Source: an uncultured Anaerolineae bacterium
Lineage (GTDB): Bacteria; Chloroflexota; Anaerolineae; JAADDB01
Direction: 5' to 3'
Assembly (NCBI GenBank): GCA_964413905.1
Contig: CAYPUG010000001.1
Location: forward strand, 6,962 to 70,961
DNA: 64,000 bases
Shown here: one piece after another, positions 8,995 through 16,333 of the stretch
Layout of the letters: each line of letters starts with the position of its first letter
How positions within the stretch are numbered: position 1 is the stretch's first letter
Translations under genes and position numbers: made by a program
The notes under the pieces: model-generated
Databases searched by the model: none
Seen by the model: only the letters and a program-made list of their open reading frames with translations
What the model was told of the DNA's origin: nothing

Positions 8995-11565
8995 CTATCC
9001 TCCGCAATCGGGGGTTATTGTGACCGTCGGGGTCGCCCCCTCCCGAGCAACGATCTTTACCCGCCACGTACACGCACAACTCCCATCCGAACCGGAAATC
9101 CGGGCCCGATACATGCCTTCCAAGCGTACACCTTCCCCCAACAACGCGGAAGGGGGAAGTCCTCGATCCAACCATTGCCATCCCCATCCGGGACTCATAA
9201 CCCAACGAATGGTTTGACCGTACGCCTCTAACAGGGAAGAAGGACGAGTATAGCCCATCGTGCCCCACACCGAAGCGTCTTCCAGGGGAAACGCTTGACC
9301 GCTCCAATGCCATGAACGGGTCTGTTGGCCGCGCTCTGTGTGCCAGGACCAGGTCACCCGTCCTTCCTGCACCACTTTACAGGCAGCCGCATTGCTCCCC
9401 CGTGTCAACGCGGCCACTACGGCCACGTTGGCCCGCACCAACGTATCTTCGGTGAGCACCGCAACGGACGGCCCCAACAATGGAGTGTCCCCCACAGACC
9501 AAGGAAGGGGCAAAGGCGAAGGGCCGGAAGTGAGCACCTGCAGCGAATCGCACCCACACGCGACCTGTTCATTCCAGTGAGAAGTCTCCGTATCGAGCAC
9601 GTACACGGCTTCATCGTACAATCCCGCCGCGTCCCTCACAGTAAGACGCACCACGTACGTACCCGGTGCGTACGTGTGTTGTACGCTTTCCCCCTCTCCC
9701 GTCTGCCCATCCCCAAAATCCCAATGATAGGAGACAATGTCCTCGTCATAATCCATGCTCCCCGAAGCGTTCAACAACACACGACCGTCATCCAGGAACG
9801 AAGCGGTGGCGTACGCGTAGGGAGGATGCTCAAACGTCACCTGGCGGATGACCTGATACAGACGGCCTCGGTGATCCCACATGCGGGCGCGTAGGTGGAC
9901 CTTCTTCAGGGCAGGTACCGGGTTCCACAAAACCTCCCACACCCCATCTTCGACGAGATTCTCCATATCCGAGAGAGTGGCCACAGGTTGCCACCGCCGT
10001 CCGTCCCAATAGGAAAGATCCGCTGCAACCACATCGGTCAGAGACGTCACCACCAACAGAGGGCTTGCCCCGATCACGGGCTTACCCCCTTCCGCACCGG
10101 CCCACGTCAGAGTAATGGTGGGGGTATCCACTCCCTGTTCGGTCGAGAATGCCCCCGAGTGCACGAGCGCCCGGTATCCTAACCAGGGGAAATGAACATC
10201 CGGCGCATACCATCGCAAGGGCAGACGCAACGCCGCAATAGGCCCTTCTCCTTGCGGGTGTGCACTCACAAGCAAGGAGTCCGCCGCGGTCAGTGTGGCC
10301 GTCAACGGCACCTGCAGGGTTACGGTGAGCGTCACGCCCTGTCCCACATCCAGGTTATCCACATGGGTTGGGGACACGTGCACAGAAATCCCTTCAGGCG
10401 CGGTGGCCTGCACCTCGACAGATGCGGGATCAATGCCCCAATTCGTGAGGGAAAGGGTCCAACGGGTGGATGCCCCGCGGCGCAAAGGTTCCCAATAACC
10501 CACACCCAACCGGAGGATAGGGAGTGGACGTGGAGCACCCACATCGAGAGGAGCGTCCACCACATCGGCTAATGTCACACCCTCTGCCAACTCCACCCGG
10601 TCTGGGTTCACCCGCATGTGGGCCATACCGCCGAAAACGATCAACGGAGGGAAGCGAAACCGGATGCCCTGTAAACTCAACGTGGAAACATCTGAACCCA
10701 CAACCCACAGGCCTCGGGATCGGGCCATGACCGCCGCGGTATCGATACCGCTTAAATCCACCACAGAATGCCCATCCACAGCGAAGAAAACACCGTTGCC
10801 CCCTACGCGAGTCCTGTGGCCGGACGCGAGCAAACCCGACGAGGAGCGCAAGATGGTGTCCCCGTACGTCGCCCCCTCCCCCCCTAACACCCGGGAATCG
10901 GACATGATGATGCTATGCCCCCACAGGACCACATCCCCGCCATGTCCCTGGGTGGATGTCCCCCCGCGCACCTCGCCTACTTGCCACACCGCGGCCTTCG
11001 CTGTCAAGAAAACCGCGCCGCCGGGGAAGCCCCGAGTGCCCGCGCCACCGCGTACTGTCCCCCAATTTTCCACCATCCCCTGTAGGGATTCCAAACGCAC
11101 GGAGCCACCGGGCGAACCGGTGCGTCCGCCGTCACCGCCCAAAACAAGCCCTTTATTCACTACACCGGCGGTCACCGACCGAAGTCGCACCCCACCGCCT
11201 GCGTGCGTGTCATCGCCGTACCCGCCTAACACAGCCCCCTCGATGGTAATCGCCTTCTCCGCGAGAATGTCCACATCACAGCCGGAGGCCGCCTGCAAAA
11301 TACCGCGCGAAGCCACAAACAGCGAATCCACGGAGGGCGTCTGCCCTTCCAAGGTAACCACTACATTATCGGGAATAAGCACCGTACTATCAGGCCCCGG
11401 GATGGTCTCTCCCGGCACGGGATCGCCCGTTCTGCCCCACGTGGTGGGATCGTCCCACCGGCCGGAATGGAGGGCTTGAAAGGTTGAGACCGCCGCGACA
11501 GGTTGTGAAGGTGCCAGAACACTTAACAACAGGCCGATCGCGATGACAGCCCAAACATGTCTCAT
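8995..11565 (-). CDS. Secreted multidomain protein with an N-terminal signal peptide, Gly-rich parallel beta-helix-like repeats and a PKD domain
   Basis: Signal peptide MRHVWAVIAIGLLLSVLAPSQPVAA. PKD signature WDFGDGQTGEGESVQHTYAPGTYVVRLTVRD. GGxGxxG repeats. Confidence 0.7.
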   Translation of the reverse strand: MRHVWAVIAIGLLLSVLAPSQPVAAVSTFQALHSGRWDDPTTWGRTGDPVPGETIPGPDSTVLIPDNVVVTLEGQTPSVDSLFVASRGILQAASGCDVDILAEKAITIEGAVLGGYGDDTHAGGGVRLRSVTAGVVNKGLVLGGDGGRTGSPGGSVRLESLQGMVENWGTVRGGAGTRGFPGGAVFLTAKAAVWQVGEVRGGTSTQGHGGDVVLWGHSIIMSDSRVLGGEGATYGDTILRSSSGLLASGHRTRVGGNGVFFAVDGHSVVDLSGIDTAAVMARSRGLWVVGSDVSTLSLQGIRFRFPPLIVFGGMAHMRVNPDRVELAEGVTLADVVDAPLDVGAPRPLPILRLGVGYWEPLRRGASTRWTLSLTNWGIDPASVEVQATAPEGISVHVSPTHVDNLDVGQGVTLTVTLQVPLTATLTAADSLLVSAHPQGEGPIAALRLPLRWYAPDVHFPWLGYRALVHSGAFSTEQGVDTPTITLTWAGAEGGKPVIGASPLLVVTSLTDVVAADLSYWDGRRWQPVATLSDMENLVEDGVWEVLWNPVPALKKVHLRARMWDHRGRLYQVIRQVTFEHPPYAYATASFLDDGRVLLNASGSMDYDEDIVSYHWDFGDGQTGEGESVQHTYAPGTYVVRLTVRDAAGLYDEAVYVLDTETSHWNEQVACGCDSLQVLTSGPSPLPLPWSVGDTPLLGPSVAVLTEDTLVRANVAVVAALTRGSNAAACKVVQEGRVTWSWHTERGQQTRSWHWSGQAFPLEDASVWGTMGYTRPSSLLEAYGQTIRWVMSPGWGWQWLDRGLPPSALLGEGVRLEGMYRARISGSDGSCACTWRVKIVAREGATPTVTITPDCGG

Positions 11566-12647
11566 GTGTACTCCTCCAGTCCGCGCGCTTTGAGTTCGGC
11601 TACGACGTTGCGCACGTCCTGTGCCCGATCACGCGGGCATACGAGGATGGCATCGGCCGTTTCGATGATGACCACATCCGAAAGACCGACCACGGCCACC
11701 AATCTCCCCCCACTCAACACCAGACTGCCCTGTGTATCCAAAAGAAGAACCTGTCCCTCCACCGCGTTGCCTTGTTCGTCCTTCGGGTACTCCTTATACA
11801 CAGCCTCCCAACTGCCCACATCATTCCACCCGATCTCTGCCGGAATCACCGCACCATCGGTAATGTATTCCATAATGCCGAAATCCACCGATTGGGAAGG
11901 CAATGTAGGCCACACCTCGTTCAGAACTCGCGTCTCCTCCGACGTGTCCATAGCCTCCGCGATGCGCATCAGGCCGGCGTACAAATCCGGCATGTGCTGC
12001 CGGATCTCCTCCAAAATGCGATCCACCCGCCAAATGAACATACCACTGTTCCACGAATAACGACCGGTTCGCAAAAATCGCTCCGCGGTAGCCCGGTCGG
12101 GTTTCTCCGTAAACCGAACCAAACGGTACACATCCAGCCCCTCCCACTGCCCAAGGAGATCCCCCCGTTCGATGTATCCGTATCCGGTCGCGGGCTCTGT
12201 GGGCTCGATGCCCAGGGTAACAATCCGCCCCTCCCGAGCCACCGCGGCCGCAGCCCGCAATACCTGTCGAAAGCGGTCCACCCGGGTAATAATGTGATCT
12301 GCGGTCAGTACAGCCATCACCGCGTCCGGGTCCCGTCGTTGCAGAACCACCGCGGCCCAGCCGACAGCAGGCGCGGTGTTCCGACCTTCGGGTTCGCCCA
12401 GGACGTTCTTCGGCGGCAAGGCCGGCAACTGATCGAGAACGCGAGCCACAAACCGACGGTTGGTCACCACGTACACATGGTCGGGAGAGGTTAACTCCAC
12501 CGCGCGCCGGTAAGATTCTTGCAGGAGCGTGTATGGGCTGTTGAAACGCAAGAACTGTTTGGGGTTATCGCCGCGACTTTGCGGCCAAAGGCGGGTACCA
12601 CTTCCTCCGGCCAGGATCACCGGATAAAAGTGCTCGATACGTGCCAT
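11562..12647 (-). CDS. manC: Mannose-1-phosphate guanylyltransferase (GDP-mannose pyrophosphorylase)
   Basis: N-terminal nucleotidyltransferase motif ILAGGSGTRLWP. GGGAGG Shine-Dalgarno before MARIEHF. The 4-bp overlap with the downstream gene (ATGA) suggests translational coupling. Confidence 0.8.
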   Translation of the reverse strand: MARIEHFYPVILAGGSGTRLWPQSRGDNPKQFLRFNSPYTLLQESYRRAVELTSPDHVYVVTNRRFVARVLDQLPALPPKNVLGEPEGRNTAPAVGWAAVVLQRRDPDAVMAVLTADHIITRVDRFRQVLRAAAAVAREGRIVTLGIEPTEPATGYGYIERGDLLGQWEGLDVYRLVRFTEKPDRATAERFLRTGRYSWNSGMFIWRVDRILEEIRQHMPDLYAGLMRIAEAMDTSEETRVLNEVWPTLPSQSVDFGIMEYITDGAVIPAEIGWNDVGSWEAVYKEYPKDEQGNAVEGQVLLLDTQGSLVLSGGRLVAVVGLSDVVIIETADAILVCPRDRAQDVRNVVAELKARGLEEYT

Positions 12648-12660
12648 GAGCAAGCCTCCC

Positions 12661-13221
12661 TCAAGTTGAGAGTTTTTCGGACCCACAAACATAAGCCATG
12701 CCGCAACGAGCACAACGTCGTGGGTCGTGATGGGAACGAGGCATCGTGTCCGCGTAAAGGGCCAACTGCATCTCTGTCAGCGTATCCAAAAGGGCCGTGC
12801 GCAATTCATCGGTGTACGGCACGCGCACGGTAGTATCACGATAGCGGATATACCCGTACGGAGGCCGTTGGCCATGGACCTCCTCGACCAACAGGCAGTA
12901 CGCGGCCAATTGAAGCATATGGCCCCAATAGGGACGCCCTTCCTTGGGTAGGTTGGCGGATTTGATCTCCACCGGAATAAGCCCGTCCTCGGTTTCTACC
13001 AAGTAATCCGGCTTTCCTACCAGACGCCATCGAGTGCTCACCAGCGCTTTTTCAGGCGGACGCCCCTCGTCCACGTCTTCGTAGACCACTTCGCCTTTAG
13101 GCATCCCGGTTGTCCGCCGTACCTGCCGTCCTCGATTCCACAAGACATACGCGATGCCGATGAGCAAAAAGCCCAGGAAGAGCGTGATGATGAGTGCGAT
13201 GAGTATGGGCATGATGTCCAA
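12661..13221 (-). CDS. C-terminal part of a Cas4-like RecB-family PD-(D/E)XK Fe-S nuclease with an N-terminal TM helix. TTG start, in frame with the upstream ORF after a TGA.
   Basis: Motif II D (GKPDYLV), motif III EIK, QxxxY (QLAAY) and a C-terminal Cx2Cx5C (CARCGMAYVC). Confidence 0.6.
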   Translation of the reverse strand: MDIMPILIALIITLFLGFLLIGIAYVLWNRGRQVRRTTGMPKGEVVYEDVDEGRPPEKALVSTRWRLVGKPDYLVETEDGLIPVEIKSANLPKEGRPYWGHMLQLAAYCLLVEEVHGQRPPYGYIRYRDTTVRVPYTDELRTALLDTLTEMQLALYADTMPRSHHDPRRCARCGMAYVCGSEKLST

Positions 13222-13224
13222 ACC

Positions 13225-13500
13225 TCACATAAAGATCCAGAGGATAGCCACTGCAATGAACAACAGCGCCAACCCCGCCACCGCGATCCACAAGGCGAGT
13301 TGGTGATACACATCGGCCTCGTGTACACGTCGACCGTGGCCTGCGTGGAATCGCTTCCCCCGCTCCAATTGGATGGGGTTTGCCGGTTCGTGGCCCCGCA
13401 CGTATTGCAGCCACCAGGCTCGATGACAGAAGTCCCAACGGGCCAACTCACTGGCCCGAATTAATCGCTTATACTGATCGCGCTCGCTCATGCTGTTCAC
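13225..13500 (-). CDS. N-terminal part of the same Cas4-like nuclease. Carries the conserved N-terminal Cys motif and a C-terminal TM helix, and ends at an in-frame TGA.
   Basis: RASELARWDFCHRAWWLQY resembles the Cas4 N-terminal C-P/H-R-R Fe-S ligand region. Hydrophobic stretch LALWIAVAGLALLFIAVAILWIF. Confidence 0.55.
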   Translation of the reverse strand: MNSMSERDQYKRLIRASELARWDFCHRAWWLQYVRGHEPANPIQLERGKRFHAGHGRRVHEADVYHQLALWIAVAGLALLFIAVAILWIFM

Positions 13501-13638
13501 CCAGAAAGAACTTGTACCACTACCCCCGGCCTGATTGATAACAGCCTATGCACCTCATTGATGAAGACACAAAACTCACCCGCTCCGGCAGCGAAAATAA
13601 CCGGCTCGATTGAAAAAACTCATGGAACCCTATGGGTA

Positions 13639-13657
13639 GGTAGGCGACGGCAGTGCC
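13639..13657 (+). repeat. 19-nt repeat GGTAGGCGACGGCAGTGCC, downstream of the translin-like gene
   Basis: Near-identical copy at 14499-14517 (GGTAGGCGACGGCATTGCC). Confidence 0.6.
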
Positions 13658-13680
13658 TTCACCTATCCACCACACCTCGC

Positions 13681-14310
13681 TCAATCGGCCTCGTCCGTTT
13701 TTCGACCTAACGCGCGGATAAGCCGATCATGCTGCAATGTGAGCGTTAAATCCCCTCTCGTGCGTTCCAGCACACCGCGCAGCACATCCACCTGCCGACG
13801 CAATCCACCGGTGATGGCGTCGGGATAATCAACCAGGATCAGCACGTCGTAGACGTCCTCCATGTAGGATAACAACAATTCGGCCCGTTCCAATTCCTGC
13901 CGACGCATCAGATCTAAAATGTGTCGACGCAACTCGGTGGCTGCCTCGGCCAACCCACCCAGGTACACGTGGTCGGGCACGTTCATACTTTCCGGGGTAG
14001 GCAGAGGGGCGCCCCTGACAAACGCCAAGAGAGTCTCGGCCTCTACCCACTCCTTCAACGCGTCCCCGGTATATCCCGTGAAGTAGAGGTCAGGGTGTTC
14101 CTCGAGGGGCTGCACCAATGCCTGAGCCTGACGTCGCGCGTCTTCCAGAAGGCGTTGAGCCTCCTCGAATTGATGACGGTGAACCGCTCGCGTGATCAGT
14201 CCGCACGTGCGAATCAACGTCCTGGATCGTTGCAGGGTCTCATCTCGAACGCGGTTCTTTGTTTCCAAGCGCCCGAGAATGCGCTCAATGGCTTCCTGTA
14301 ATCCATCCAC
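13681..14310 (-). CDS. Translin-family protein (all-alpha, nucleic-acid-binding), GTG start
   Basis: Translin hallmark motifs: YLGGLAEAATELRRHIL (compare YLLGVADLTGELMR) and the C-terminal LRRQVDVLRGVLE block. Confidence 0.6.
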   Translation of the reverse strand: MDGLQEAIERILGRLETKNRVRDETLQRSRTLIRTCGLITRAVHRHQFEEAQRLLEDARRQAQALVQPLEEHPDLYFTGYTGDALKEWVEAETLLAFVRGAPLPTPESMNVPDHVYLGGLAEAATELRRHILDLMRRQELERAELLLSYMEDVYDVLILVDYPDAITGGLRRQVDVLRGVLERTRGDLTLTLQHDRLIRALGRKTDEAD

Positions 14311-14498
14311 CGGTGTTCCGCTCCTCGTCGAGGTTGGGATGTGGTGAACAATGGCCGGCCACGATATTCCCGCGATGTCTTTGTGGCTTGAGTATATTCA
14401 CGATAAAGGGTTTTTCCAAATAGCGCGAATTCGCTCCTCCCGCGCTTACCGGGATACGAGAAGGCTCGTCGTGTCCCCGGGCTTTTCAGAGAGTTTAC

Positions 14499-14544
14499 GG
14501 GTAGGCGACGGCATTGCCGTGGCCTACCCGGCCGTCGCCTACCC
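14499..14544. repeat. Repeat cluster: one forward GGTAGGCGACGGCATTGCC followed by two tandem inverted copies (GCCGTGGCCTACCC, GCCGTCGCCTACCC)
   Basis: 13-14 bp perfect inverted repeats, read directly from the sequence, 190-240 bp upstream of the translin-like gene start. Confidence 0.6.
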
Positions 14545-14660
14545 GAGGGTCTTACGATGGCTCAACCGCCGATACAGCGCCTTCGCGTGTTAGAGCATTG
14601 AAAAACTCCGTCGTGCCCCCACGCGCTTGCCTCTCTTCATGCATCTTTGTACAATTTAGT

Positions 14661-14765
14661 CTGATTGACGGACATATCGCGTTTCATGTACCTCGGCGTA
14701 AAGAAGGAGTAGCCTTCCCCTTTCTAGGCCAAGGTGCATTCACAGAGTTTTTGTCAGTCAATCAG
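14661..14765. repeat. MITE-like element copy C (without the central hairpin), lying in the serS upstream region and flanked by the 9-bp direct repeat CAATTTAGT
   Basis: TIRs CTGATTGACGGACA / TGTCAGTCAATCAG. About 45 nt of near-identity to the reverse complement of copy A (GACATATCGCGTTTCATGTACYTCGGCGTAAAGA). Direct repeats at 14652-14660 and 14766-14774. Confidence 0.7.
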
Positions 14766-14867
14766 CAATTTAGTTTACAATAGAAATAGCTCATGAAGGC
14801 ACAGAAGCCAATCCCCCCATCCACGACCGCAACACCGAGGGGAATTTTACCGCGGGGAGGTACACGT

Positions 14868-16148
14868 ATGCTTGACATCACACTGATTCGAGAACACCCA
14901 GAAGTCGTCCGGGAGGGCTTGCGCAAACGACATGAAGACACCGATATTCTCGATCGCGTTCTGGAACTGGATCGCCGACGCCGCTCGCTCCTGCAAGAAG
15001 TAGAACACCTGCGCGCGGAACGGAATCGTGTGTCCAAGGAAATCGGCCGGACCAAGGACAGCGCGGAGCGGGACGCGAAAATCAAGGCCATGCGCGAACT
15101 CAAGACGCGCCTGGAACGCCTGGAGCAAGCACTCCGCGAAGTGGAGACCCAACTTCAGGATGCGCTCTCTCGCATCCCCAACCTCCCCCATGAATCCGTC
15201 CCCGAGGGTGTGGACGATCGGGACAACGTGGTCGTGAGAACATGGGGCGAACCGCGCACCTTTGACTTTACCCCCCTTCCCCACTGGGACTTGGGTCCCA
15301 TGTTAGACATCATTGATTTCGAACGCGCCGCGAAAATCTCCGGCAGTCGATTTTACATCCTCAAAGGTCTGGGCGCACGGTTACAGCGCGCGCTCATCAC
15401 CTGGATGTTGGACGTGCACACTCAAGAGCACGGGTATGTGGAGGTGTATCCTCCCGCGCTGGTGCGCTCACGGGCCCTTTACGGAACAGGAAACCTGCCC
15501 AAGTTCGCGGACGTGCTGTACAAGGACCACGAGGAAGACCTCTGGCTCATCCCCACCGCGGAAGTGCCTGTGACAAACCTGTACGCGGACGAAATTTTGC
15601 CGCCGGGAAGTCTCCCCATCTACCACACCGCGTACACACCCTGTTTCCGGCGGGAGAAAGTCGCGGCCGGCCGCGATGTGCGAGGTATCAAGCGAGTCCA
15701 CCAATTCGACAAGGTGGAATTGGTAAAATTCGTGGAACCAGAACAGGGGTGGGAGGAGTTACAAACCCTGTTGCAAAACGCGGAAGTCCTATTGCAACGG
15801 TTGGACCTGCCCTACCGTGTGGTGTTGCTCAGTACCGGGGACCTGGGCTTCAGCGCGAGCATCACCTATGACCTGGAAGTGTGGGCTCCGGGCAGTCAGG
15901 AATGGTTGGAAGTGTCCTCCTGCAGTTGGTTCACCGACTTCCAAGCACGACGAGCGAACATCCGCTACCGCCCGGCGTCGAACGCGAAACCGCGTTTCGT
16001 GCACACCCTCAACGGATCGGGGTTGGCTCTGCCACGCACCATGATCGCCATCCTGGAAAATTACCAACAACCGGACGGATCCGTGGTCATCCCGGAGGTC
16101 CTCCGTCCGTACATGGGCGTCGACAAGATAGAGAATCCGGGTATGTAG
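14868..16148 (+). CDS. serS: Seryl-tRNA synthetase
   Basis: N-terminal coiled-coil arm plus the class II core. GGAGG Shine-Dalgarno before MLDITLIREHPE. Confidence 0.9.
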   Translation: MLDITLIREHPEVVREGLRKRHEDTDILDRVLELDRRRRSLLQEVEHLRAERNRVSKEIGRTKDSAERDAKIKAMRELKTRLERLEQALREVETQLQDALSRIPNLPHESVPEGVDDRDNVVVRTWGEPRTFDFTPLPHWDLGPMLDIIDFERAAKISGSRFYILKGLGARLQRALITWMLDVHTQEHGYVEVYPPALVRSRALYGTGNLPKFADVLYKDHEEDLWLIPTAEVPVTNLYADEILPPGSLPIYHTAYTPCFRREKVAAGRDVRGIKRVHQFDKVELVKFVEPEQGWEELQTLLQNAEVLLQRLDLPYRVVLLSTGDLGFSASITYDLEVWAPGSQEWLEVSSCSWFTDFQARRANIRYRPASNAKPRFVHTLNGSGLALPRTMIAILENYQQPDGSVVIPEVLRPYMGVDKIENPGM

Positions 16149-16333
16149 GCGGGGCGGCAGGCCTGCCCATGGTGCAACCGTACGAATTCGCCTGCACCAT
16201 AGGACCTGTCTTTCCGGAACAGACGTGGAGTTGTACGGGCCGACATGGGCGCCTTCGATGGGGGGCCTCCTACTAATAAGCCGGATGCTTACGCCTACCA
16301 TCACTTTTTATTTCGTTACTTGGAGTCAGGACG

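Noticed and set aside
14590-14867. Possible T-box riboswitch in the serS leader
   Set aside because: Only a partial match (UACCGCGG) to the T-box consensus AGGGUGGNACCGCG was found, and it overlaps the Shine-Dalgarno. No convincing stem I/specifier loop with a Ser codon or an antiterminator was recognised. The leader is better explained by the inserted MITE-like element. A covariance-model scan (Rfam RF00230) would settle it.
16149-16333. GGCAGGCCTGCC palindrome just after the serS stop, considered as an intrinsic terminator
   Set aside because: Short stem and no following U-tract. At best a weak hairpin, so not called.
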